Source: Alkalilimnicola ehrlichii MLHE-1 (GTDB taxonomy: Bacteria > Pseudomonadota > Gammaproteobacteria > Nitrococcales > Halorhodospiraceae). From it: a stretch of DNA of 32,000 bases. The notes beneath the pieces were generated by a model. It searched no databases, was not told the DNA's origin, and saw nothing but the letters and a program-made list of their open reading frames with translations. Where the stretch lies: the NCBI RefSeq assembly GCF_000014785.1, contig NC_008340.1, forward strand, positions 1,800,001 through 1,832,000. Direction: 5' to 3'. Every line of letters begins with the position of its first letter. Position 1 is the stretch's first letter. Shown piece by piece: positions 10,877-17,858 of the stretch. A program made the position numbers and the translations under genes.

Positions 10877-11020
10877 GGTGAGGGTCGTTGCCGGTATGGG
10901 AAGCGCTATTCTCGCGTGCCGTGGGGCGGCCGGGCAAGCCGTCCCTTGCCGCCGCTCGGGCGATTGCCCGGCCCAGCGGCGCTCCGTATTATGGGCGGCC
11001 AACACGTTCAGCACCTGGGG

Positions 11021-11263
11021 ATGACCTTGCTTTACCTCTACATGACCGACGGCTGCCACTTGTGTGACGAGGCCGAAGCGTTCCTGCGGACCGTTACCGC
11101 CTACCGCCCGGTCCGCTGGCAGCCCCGTGATGTCATGGACGATCCCGAGTGGCTCGCCGCCTACGGCGAGCGTCTGCCGGTCCTGGCCGATGGGCAGGGC
11201 CGCAGTCTCGATTGGCCATTCGACGCCAGCGATCTCCTCCAGTTCTTGGAACAATCGGCATGA
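11021..11263 (+). CDS. Glutaredoxin-like small thioredoxin-fold protein (DUF836-like), 80 aa
   Basis: This is the last 80 codons of the 448-aa track ORF: MTLLYLYMTDGCHLCDEAEAFL...PVL.. The CxxC (CHLC) sits after beta-1, as in glutaredoxin-like proteins. The stop overlaps the next start (ATGA at 11260..11263). Confidence 0.65.
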   Translation: MTLLYLYMTDGCHLCDEAEAFLRTVTAYRPVRWQPRDVMDDPEWLAAYGERLPVLADGQGRSLDWPFDASDLLQFLEQSA

Positions 11264-11823
11264 AGCGCCTGGCAGGATTACTGACCGGCCTGTTGCTCCT
11301 CGCCCTGACCCTGTCGGCCGGGGCCGAACCCCGCTATAACGGGGAGATCTGGCTTGAGGTGGATGCCGAGACGGCGCGACTGACCGTCTACCAGGGCCAC
11401 CGGCCGGTCCAGGTCTTTGAGCGCATCTCTGTGGGTCGGGCCGGTACCGCGCCCTTCCGCTATCGCGGCAGCAACCGGACCCCCAGCGGCGAGTTCCGTA
11501 TCAATCGCATCAGCCACGACAGCCGATTCCACATCTTTCTCGGGCTCGACTACCCCACGCCCCGGCATGCGCGCGAGGCCCTGGAATCAGGCCTGTTCGA
11601 CGAGGACGACTACCGGGCCTACCACGAGCACCTGCGGCGCCATCGGACCCCGCCCCAGGACACGGCGCTGGGCGGGCACATCGGGATCCACGGGATCGGC
11701 GACGGCGACCCGGAGATTCACGACCGATTTCACTGGACCCAGGGCTGCGTGGCCGTAACCAACGAGGAGATCGAGGCCCTGGTGGAGTGGGTAAACATTG
11801 GCACCCGGGTGCTGATCCGCTAG
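11260..11823 (+). CDS. Short YkuD-family L,D-transpeptidase-fold protein (YafK/DpaA-like by my recollection), exported
   Basis: The ATG at 11260 gives MKRLAGLLTGLLLLALTLSAGA/EP, a signal peptide. The YkuD catalytic region is GGHIGIHGIG....HWTQGCVAVTNEEIEAL, carrying the His and Cys. Confidence 0.8.
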   Translation: MKRLAGLLTGLLLLALTLSAGAEPRYNGEIWLEVDAETARLTVYQGHRPVQVFERISVGRAGTAPFRYRGSNRTPSGEFRINRISHDSRFHIFLGLDYPTPRHAREALESGLFDEDDYRAYHEHLRRHRTPPQDTALGGHIGIHGIGDGDPEIHDRFHWTQGCVAVTNEEIEALVEWVNIGTRVLIR

Positions 11824-11892
11824 GATTCAGAGGTGAGTGGCCCTCTATTTTTGTAAACCCAGGTAGGGTTTTACGTCTGCAAGGAGAGTAAG

Positions 11893-12180
11893 ATGCCGAT
11901 GAAAATCAAGAATGCACTGAAATACTCCGCGATCGGCGCCTCGCTGGCCATCCTGGCCGGTTGTGCCACCGTCGCCGAGGAAGACGTGCGCAGCATGGTC
12001 AATGAGGCCAAGGCGGACGCCTCCGAGGCGCGCAGCATTGCCGAAGAGGCCCTGGCCACCGCCAACGAGGCCCACGACACCGCCCGTCAGGCCCAGGCCG
12101 ACGCCGATGCCGCCCTGGAGGCCTCCCAGCGGAACAGCGAAGAGATCGATCGCATGTTCCAGAAGTCCATGTACAAGTAA
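11893..12180 (+). CDS. Lpp/OprI-type alanine-zipper outer-membrane lipoprotein with C-terminal Lys
   Basis: It has a signal peptide and lipobox (ASLAILAG|C). The mature part is a roughly 70-aa Ala/Glu/Asp-rich heptad-like helix (EAKADASEARSIAEEALATANEAHDTARQAQADADAALEAS). It ends ..KSMYK, compared with E. coli Lpp ..YRK. GGAGAG lies upstream, and the second ATG at 11899 is an equally possible start. Confidence 0.8.
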   Translation: MPMKIKNALKYSAIGASLAILAGCATVAEEDVRSMVNEAKADASEARSIAEEALATANEAHDTARQAQADADAALEASQRNSEEIDRMFQKSMYK

Positions 12181-12204
12181 TCAGGGCCGTCCCACGCGTC
12201 CCTG

Positions 12205-12234
12205 GAACCCCGCCCCAGCGCGGGGTTCTTTTTT
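12205..12234 (+). terminator. Rho-independent terminator after the lpp-like gene
   Basis: GAACCCCGC (12205..12213) pairs perfectly with GCGGGGTTC (12220..12228) around a 6-nt loop, followed by TTTTTT (12229..12234). It lies between convergent genes. Confidence 0.85.
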
Positions 12235-12240
12235 GCCCGG

Positions 12241-13230
12241 TCAGCGGCTGTGGAACGCCCCGGCCGGCAACGTGACATCGGCATCGCGGGAGATCGGCAC
12301 CGGCAGCCCGGTGGGCGCCTCCACCAAGCGGCGCAGCCGATTGTAATCCACCCGGTGGGGCCGGTCGCCCATCGCCTCCGCCACGGCATCCGCGGCCATC
12401 GACAGGATCTCGCTGGTCGAGGTCGTCTCCCGCTGCTCTTCCAGCAGCGGATAGGCCTGCAGGTACAGGGTGTCTCCCTTCCAACCCGCCTTGAACGGGG
12501 CGTTGACCAGTCGAACCGGTGTGCCCACCGGCAACCGGGGGAACAGTTCTTCGATATCCTCCGGGTACATGCGGATGCAACCGGAGGTGACCCGCATGCC
12601 GATCCCCCAGGGCCGATTGGTCCCGTGGATCAGGTAGCCGGGGATACCCAGACGCAGCGCATGCCGCCCCAGGGGGTTGTCCGGCCCGGGTGGCACCACC
12701 CGGGGCAGCTCCTTGCCCTGCTCCCGCCGGGCATACTCCCGGATGGACTCCGGCGGGTACCAGGACGGGTCCTCCGCCTTGGCGGTGATCTCGGTACGGC
12801 CCACCGGTGTCTCCCAGTCCATGCGGCCGACGCTCACCGGGTAGGTCTCCACCCGCCGCCGCTCGCCGGCCGTGACCGGCCGGTAGTAATAGAGGCGCAT
12901 CTCAGCGACATTCACCACCACGCCCTCGCGCGGCCCGGGTGGCAGGATGAAGCGGGTGGGGACCACCACCTCAGTCCCCTCACCCGGGACCCACAGGCTG
13001 ATGTCGGGGTTGGCGAGACGCATCTCCTCGAAACCGACGCCATGACGTCGGCCGATGTCGAGGACAGTCTCGTCCTGGCTGGCCTGCACCACCTGGACCC
13101 GACCGATGATGTCCCCCTCCTCCGGCAGCAGGTAGTGGCCTGCGGGGAGCTCATCCTCACCGGCCGCGGCCAATAGGGGGAACAGCAACAGGACCGTGAG
13201 CAGCGCGCGCAACGGGAGCTGATAGGGCAT
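12241..13230 (-). CDS. L,D-transpeptidase of the ErfK/YbiS/YcfS/YnhG type (LysM-like N-domain + YkuD + C-terminal domain)
   Basis: The signal peptide is MPYQLPLRALLTVLLLFPLLAAAG. A LysM-like segment (ETVLDIGRRHGVGFEEMRLANP) is followed by the YkuD catalytic motif YLIHGTNRPWGIGMRVTSGCIRMYPEDIEELF. An alternative GTG start at 13293 would overlap the Nudix stop by 8 nt. Confidence 0.85.
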   Translation of the reverse strand: MPYQLPLRALLTVLLLFPLLAAAGEDELPAGHYLLPEEGDIIGRVQVVQASQDETVLDIGRRHGVGFEEMRLANPDISLWVPGEGTEVVVPTRFILPPGPREGVVVNVAEMRLYYYRPVTAGERRRVETYPVSVGRMDWETPVGRTEITAKAEDPSWYPPESIREYARREQGKELPRVVPPGPDNPLGRHALRLGIPGYLIHGTNRPWGIGMRVTSGCIRMYPEDIEELFPRLPVGTPVRLVNAPFKAGWKGDTLYLQAYPLLEEQRETTSTSEILSMAADAVAEAMGDRPHRVDYNRLRRLVEAPTGLPVPISRDADVTLPAGAFHSR

Positions 13231-13285
13231 AGATGATCTTTGGTAGGTGGTGGCAATGGATGGCCGGGGCAGCGTTGAGGCCCGC

Positions 13286-13885
13286 TCAGGCACTCTCCCG
13301 GGTGCCTTCCAGCACCCGGCAGAACTGCATGAGGATCCCCGCCGTAGCGCCCCAGATGAAGTGTTCGCCCCAGGTCAGGGCATGATACGTTAGACGCCGC
13401 CCCTGGCGTTCGGTTTCATAGAGGCCGTGATTGGCTGGATCGGTCAGGAAGGAGAGCGGCACGGTAAACACCTCGGCCACCTCCTGCGGGTCCGGCCGCC
13501 AGACCACCGGCGGCTCGATCCGCCCGACCACCGGGCGCACCCGGAAGCCGGTACCGGTGTGGTAGGGCCCGAGCCGGCCCAGGAGGGTGACCCGGTCCGG
13601 CTCCAATCCGATTTCCTCCCAGGCCTCCCGCAGCGCCGTGCGCTCGGCGGTCTCTCCGGGCTCCTTGCGCCCGCCGGGGAAGCTGACCTGGCCGGCATGC
13701 TCACGCAACTGCTCACTGCGCCGCGTGAACACCACACGGTAGCCTCCCGGCCCGGGGAGCAGAGGCACCAGCACGGCCGCCGGCGTCGCCCGGCCCTTGA
13801 ACTCCAGGAAACCGGACTCCGGCAGATCCGCCTGCTCCAGGCAACGCGCCAGGCATTCGCTCAGGTCCACCCCCGCTCCGCACAT
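13286..13885 (-). CDS. Nudix hydrolase, CoA pyrophosphatase type
   Basis: The Nudix box is GGRKEPGETAERTALREAWEEIGL. It is preceded by the CoA-pyrophosphatase-type motif VVFTRRSEQLREHAGQVSFPGG. The start lies 10 nt after the lipA stop. Confidence 0.85.
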   Translation of the reverse strand: MCGAGVDLSECLARCLEQADLPESGFLEFKGRATPAAVLVPLLPGPGGYRVVFTRRSEQLREHAGQVSFPGGRKEPGETAERTALREAWEEIGLEPDRVTLLGRLGPYHTGTGFRVRPVVGRIEPPVVWRPDPQEVAEVFTVPLSFLTDPANHGLYETERQGRRLTYHALTWGEHFIWGATAGILMQFCRVLEGTRESA

Positions 13886-13895
13886 CAGACGGCCC

Positions 13896-14891
13896 TCAGG
13901 AGGCGGACTCCAGGCCCACGTTGTTTTTCTCCAGCACCTTGTCGGCCCGGTAGCTGGAGCGGACCATCGGCCCGGCCACCACCTCCAGGAACCCCATCTC
14001 CAGACCCATACGGCGGTAATCCGCGAACTCGGCGGGGGAGACGTAGCGCTCTACTGGCAGGTGGTTGCGCGTCGGCTGCAGGTATTGGCCGAAGGTGACG
14101 ATGTCCACCCCGACCGCCCGCAGATCCTCGAGGGTCTCCCGAATTTCCTCGTCGCGCTCGCCCAGGCCGAGCATGAGGCTGGTCTTGGTGAGCATGTCCG
14201 GCCGCCGTGCCTTGGCCAGGCGCAGCACCTCCAGGGTCTGCTCATAGCCGGCACGGGGATCGCGCACCGGGTGGGTGAGGCGGCGTACCGTCTCCACGTT
14301 CTGGGCAAAGACCTCGGGTCGGGCGTCCACCACCCTGTGCACATGCTCCGGTACGCCATTGAAATCGGGGGTGAGCACTTCCACCGCCGTTTCCGGGTTG
14401 ACCTCCCGGATGGCGTTCACGCAGGCGGCATAGTGGCCGGCGCCACCGTCCTCCAGGTCATCCCGATCCACTGAGGTGAGCACCACGTAGCTCAGGCCCA
14501 TCAGGCGCACCGAGTCGGCGGCGTGGGCCGGTTCGTCGTGGTCCAGCCGGCCCTTCGGGTTGCCGGTATCCACGGCGCAGAAGCGACAGGCACGGGTACA
14601 GACCGCGCCCATCAGCATGATGGTGGCCGTTCCGGCGTTCCAGCACTCACCGATGTTCGGGCAGTGCGACTCCTCGCAGACGGTACTGAGCCGATGGGTG
14701 CGGACAATGTCCCGCACCGCCTGGTACCCCTCGCCACTGGGTACCCGAGCGCGCAGCCAGGACGGCTTGCGGCCGCGCGGCGCCGCCTCGGCCCGCGGGT
14801 TGTGCTTAACTCCATCCTTGATGGCGCGCACCCCGTCGCGCTCGACCTTCATGCCACTGGTGACCACCGGAATGCCTTTCAGCGTGGGCAT
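13896..14891 (-). CDS. lipA: Lipoyl synthase
   Basis: The auxiliary cluster motif is [13 protein letters not shown] and the radical-SAM motif is [10 protein letters not shown]. Length is 331 aa. Confidence 0.95.
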
Positions 14892-14989
14892 CTCTCCCCC
14901 TGCCTGAGTTGGTTGGTTCGCTGTCCCCGCGGGACCTTACCGCTATTGTACACTGCCCCCCATCGCCCGCAGTGATCCGGTGCCCACCG

Positions 14990-16177
14990 ATGCCTGAAGC
15001 CCGACACCCTGCAACCGCCCGCGGACCGCTCCTCCTGCCCCTGCTGGCGCTGCTGCCGCTGTTGCTGGCGGCCTGCGCCCATAGCGGGTTGCCGGAACCG
15101 GCTGGGGACACGCTTGAATGTCCGCCGACCGGGCGCTGGATCGACGCCACGGGCGAGGTGCACACCACCGCCGGGTTGGCCGCTGAGGCGGCCAGGTACG
15201 AGGTCATCCTGCTCGGGGAGGAGCACGGTAACCGGGCCCAGCACCGCTGGCAGCTACTGACGCTCGCCGCCATCCACAGCCACACACCGGTGCAGGCCGT
15301 GGGCCTGGAGATGCTCCCAGGCGACGCCGACGAAAGCCTGGCCGCCTGGGGGCAGAGCACCATCGGCGAGGAGGACTGGCTGCGGGAGAGCGGTTGGTAC
15401 GAGCACTGGGGCCATCCGGCGGACGGGTACCTGCCTATCCTGCACTATGCCCGCCTGGAGCAGATCCGGCTTCAGGGCATCAACCTGGACCGGGCCACCC
15501 ACCGCCGTCTTGCCGGCATCGATTGGGAGGAGGCGCCCGAGGCCCTGGACGAGATGATCACACCACCGGCGGCGCCCCATCCAGACTACCGGAAACGGCT
15601 ATTGGATGCGCTCGCCGAGCACCCCCATGGCGAGATGATGGACGAGGCGCGTTTTATCCGCGCGCAGGTGCTCTGGGACCGGGTCATGGCCGAGGGCCTG
15701 AAGGCGCTGCGGGCCTCCGGACCGGGGCCGGTGGTCGGGCTGATGGGGCGGGGGCACATGAGCCATGGCCACGGTGTGCCGGCCCAACTGGCCGACCTGG
15801 GGGTCGAGCGCGTCCTGACCCTGTTGCCCTACCCCGTGGCCCCGGATTGCGAACCCCCAGCCAGCGGCCTGGCCGACGCTCTTTATGGCCTTGCACCGGA
15901 ACCCGGCACGCCGCAGCGCCGGCTGCGGCTGGGCATCCAGGTGGAGCCCGGCCAACACGGCCTGCGGGTGGTCGCTGTCAACGGAGGGTCGGTGGCGGAA
16001 GAGGCGGGGCTGCGGGAGGGCGATGAGCTGCTGGAAGCGGCCGGGCGGCCGGTGGAAAGCCATGGCGAATTGTTAATGATTCTCGATAAGGCACGAGAAG
16101 GATTCTCATTGCCAATCAAAATAAACCGCAATGGCGATCGAAAAACGCTATTGGCCTCATTCGCCGCCTCGTCGTGA
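14990..16177 (+). CDS. ChaN-family (Tiki/ChaN superfamily, haem-binding-uptake-like) lipoprotein with C-terminal PDZ domain
   Basis: The ATG at 14990 gives MPEARHPATARGPLLLPLLALLPLLLAA|C, a lipobox. A ChaN-like motif EVILLGEEHGNRAQHRWQ follows. The C-terminal PDZ-like segment is LGIQVEPGQHGLRVVAVNGGSVAEEAGLREGDELLEAAGRPV. The track ORF begins at a TTG at 14909. Confidence 0.7.
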   Translation: MPEARHPATARGPLLLPLLALLPLLLAACAHSGLPEPAGDTLECPPTGRWIDATGEVHTTAGLAAEAARYEVILLGEEHGNRAQHRWQLLTLAAIHSHTPVQAVGLEMLPGDADESLAAWGQSTIGEEDWLRESGWYEHWGHPADGYLPILHYARLEQIRLQGINLDRATHRRLAGIDWEEAPEALDEMITPPAAPHPDYRKRLLDALAEHPHGEMMDEARFIRAQVLWDRVMAEGLKALRASGPGPVVGLMGRGHMSHGHGVPAQLADLGVERVLTLLPYPVAPDCEPPASGLADALYGLAPEPGTPQRRLRLGIQVEPGQHGLRVVAVNGGSVAEEAGLREGDELLEAAGRPVESHGELLMILDKAREGFSLPIKINRNGDRKTLLASFAASS

Positions 16178-16356
16178 ACTTTTTACGAAGCGCCTAGTCT
16201 CAGTCAGTTAACGGTGTGGCCAACGCTCCGAATCGCGCCGAAACAAAGCGTATAGTTGCAGTCGCCCGCCGGCTTATTTACCCTTTGTTGCAACTGATCC
16301 CCAATTGGATTGGTTCGCTTCCAATAGCCCAAAGCTCCATCATAAAGGAGAGGCAC

Positions 16357-16689
16357 ATGTCCCACGACATCGATACCAAGCGCCGCAACTTCCTCAAGAC
16401 CACCGCCCTCGGTGTGGCCGCGGTCCCCTTCGCGGGGGTCATGCTGCAGCAGCAGGTGGCCAAGGCCGACCTGCCGCAACTGAGTGAGGACGACGATATC
16501 GCCCAGAGCCTGGACTACGTGCACGATGCGGCCGACGCGGCCGATCACAGCGCCTACCAGGAAGGCTCCACCTGCGGCAACTGCAGCCTGTGGACCGGCG
16601 GTGACGCGCAGTGGGGTGGTTGCCAGATCATTCCCGGTCACCACGTCAACCGTGACGGCTGGTGCAACGCCTGGGTGCCGGCGGCCTGA
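16357..16689 (+). CDS. High-potential iron-sulfur protein (HiPIP) precursor, paralog 1
   Basis: The ATG at 16357 is preceded by AAGGAGAGG. The twin-arginine signal is KRRNFLKTTALGVAAVPFAG...AKA. The four cluster Cys have HiPIP spacing (CGNC...GGC...GWCNAW). Length is 110 aa. Confidence 0.9.
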   Translation: MSHDIDTKRRNFLKTTALGVAAVPFAGVMLQQQVAKADLPQLSEDDDIAQSLDYVHDAADAADHSAYQEGSTCGNCSLWTGGDAQWGGCQIIPGHHVNRDGWCNAWVPAA

Positions 16690-16714
16690 ACCGCCCTCGC
16701 TCAGCCAGAAACGT

Positions 16715-16748
16715 GAAGGCCCGCCTGTCATGGCGGGCCTTCGCGTTT
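16715..16748 (+). terminator. Hairpin terminator after HiPIP-1
   Basis: GAAGGCCCGCC (16715..16725) pairs with GGCGGGCCTTC (16732..16742) around a 6-nt loop. The tail GCGTTTC is a weak U-tract. Confidence 0.6.
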
Positions 16749-16768
16749 CGGGTGCGGCAATTTGTTCC

Positions 16769-16795
16769 TTGCAACGATTCTAAAAACCTTATAGT
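16769..16795 (+). promoter_or_regulatory. Candidate sigma70 promoter for HiPIP-2
   Basis: TTGCAA (16769..16774), a 15-nt spacer and TATAGT (16790..16795) sit in an AT-rich island about 105 nt upstream of the ATG. The spacer is shorter than optimal. Confidence 0.3.
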
Positions 16796-16899
16796 GTCAG
16801 TCTGCGAAGCCGGCAGGCAGGACGCCGTTCCCACCCTTGAGACGCATCCAGCCCGCTTGTTGCTTCCATCTCACATGGTTCAACAAGGGAGTCTCCAAC

Positions 16900-17226
16900 A
16901 TGGCCGACACAATCAATCAGGGCCGTCGCCGTTTCCTCAAGACCTCCGCACTGGGTGTGGCCGCAGTGCCCTTCACTGGGCTGATGCTCCAGCAGCAGGT
17001 GGCCAGGGCCGACCTGCCCCGGCTAAGCGAGGACGATGACATTGCCCGCAGCCTCGACTACCGCCACGACGCCACTGAGGTAACCCACAGCCGTTACCAG
17101 GACGGCCAGATCTGCGGCAACTGCGCCCTCTGGGCCGGTGGCGACGCCGAATGGGGTGTCTGCCGGATCATCCCGGGCAAGGCGGTGGCCCGGGCAGGCT
17201 GGTGCAACGCCTGGGTGGCCGGCTGA
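16900..17226 (+). CDS. High-potential iron-sulfur protein (HiPIP) precursor, paralog 2
   Basis: The ATG at 16900 has AAGGGAG upstream. The Tat signal is GRRRFLKTSALGVAAVPFTG...ARA. The mature part is DLPRLSEDDDIARSLDYRHDATEVTHSRYQDGQICGNCALWAGGDAEWGVCRIIPGKAVARAGWCNAWVAG. It is clearly homologous to paralog 1 by eye. Confidence 0.9.
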   Translation: MADTINQGRRRFLKTSALGVAAVPFTGLMLQQQVARADLPRLSEDDDIARSLDYRHDATEVTHSRYQDGQICGNCALWAGGDAEWGVCRIIPGKAVARAGWCNAWVAG

Positions 17227-17274
17227 CCCAGGCCGCGTGAGGGGCCCTAGAGCCCCTGACCAGCTCGCAAAGGC

Positions 17275-17306
17275 AAAGGGCCCGCTCACGCGGGCCCTTT
17301 GCGTTC
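17275..17306 (+). terminator. Hairpin terminator after HiPIP-2
   Basis: AAAGGGCCCGC (17275..17285) pairs with GCGGGCCCTTT (17290..17300) around a 4-nt loop, with tail GCGTTCC. It resembles the HiPIP-1 terminator in sequence. Confidence 0.6.
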
Positions 17307-17384
17307 CGGCCCGACGAGGTTTAGCCGTCGGTGGTCGTGGCGTGGTACAACGTAGGGCATTCCGCAGCCAAAGGGAACGGCCCG

Positions 17385-17858
17385 ATGTCTGACCAGGGCT
17401 TCCAGGTACTGGCCCACGCCCTCGCCGACGCACAGCCCCGCTCCGTGCTGGCCGTTGGCCCGCTCGCCGGGGAAGTGGCTACGCGCCTTTTCGACCGCGA
17501 GACAACAAAGCAGATCGCCCTGGATACCGGGGAGGCCAGCGACGCGCTGGCCCGCCAAGGGGTGGTCGACATCGCGATACTGACCGACACCCTGGAGCGC
17601 CTCGACCGGCGTGAGGCGAGTGGGCTGCTCGCCCGGCTGCGCGACGTTTACGCCCGGCGGGTGGTCCTCCTGGTGGCGCACGACCGCTGCCAGTGGTCCG
17701 GCACGGACCTCACCGCCCTGGGCTTCTCGCGGCTGCACGACGCCCCCGGGGCCGGCACCCTCTACGGGTTTGATATCGCCACCTATAAGACGACCCCGGA
17801 CTGGCTCAACCCCGACTACTGGGCCAACCCTGAGCTGTGGGAGCGGCATCGCTGGTAG
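17385..17858 (+). CDS. Uncharacterised protein with degenerate class-I methyltransferase-like fold signals, 157 aa
   Basis: The ATG at 17385 (MSDQGFQVL..) is preceded by AAGGGAACGG. It has a motif-I-like SVLAVGPLAG and later VDIAILTDTLERLDRREASGLLARLRDVYARRVVLLV. The C-terminal Trp-rich tail is PDWLNPDYWANPELWERHRW. I cannot name a family with confidence. Confidence 0.55.
   Translation: MSDQGFQVLAHALADAQPRSVLAVGPLAGEVATRLFDRETTKQIALDTGEASDALARQGVVDIAILTDTLERLDRREASGLLARLRDVYARRVVLLVAHDRCQWSGTDLTALGFSRLHDAPGAGTLYGFDIATYKTTPDWLNPDYWANPELWERHRW

Noticed and set aside
9917-11020. N-terminal 368 codons of the 448-aa plus-strand ORF
   Set aside because: This part is antisense to dusA. Only the last 80 codons, from the ATG at 11021, look like a real glutaredoxin-like protein.
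9845-11254. Possible dusA-targeting integrative element, since the dusA 5' end is a known integration hotspot
   Set aside because: There is no integrase, no repeat of the dusA 5' end and no foreign-looking DNA. The upstream spacer is only 144 nt before an ordinary gene. The 126-codon N-terminal extension in the ORF track is read-through.
16204-16731. 175-aa minus-strand ORF over HiPIP-1, and other antisense ORFs over the lpp-like gene (11845..12080)
   Set aside because: They are antisense to genes with an unmistakable Tat signal and Cys motifs, or a lipobox. No RBS is present.
16751-16775. Sigma-54 (-24/-12) promoter upstream of HiPIP-2 (CGGCAA...TTGCA)
   Set aside because: The GG-to-GC spacing is about 3 nt too long compared with TGGCAC-N5-TTGC.
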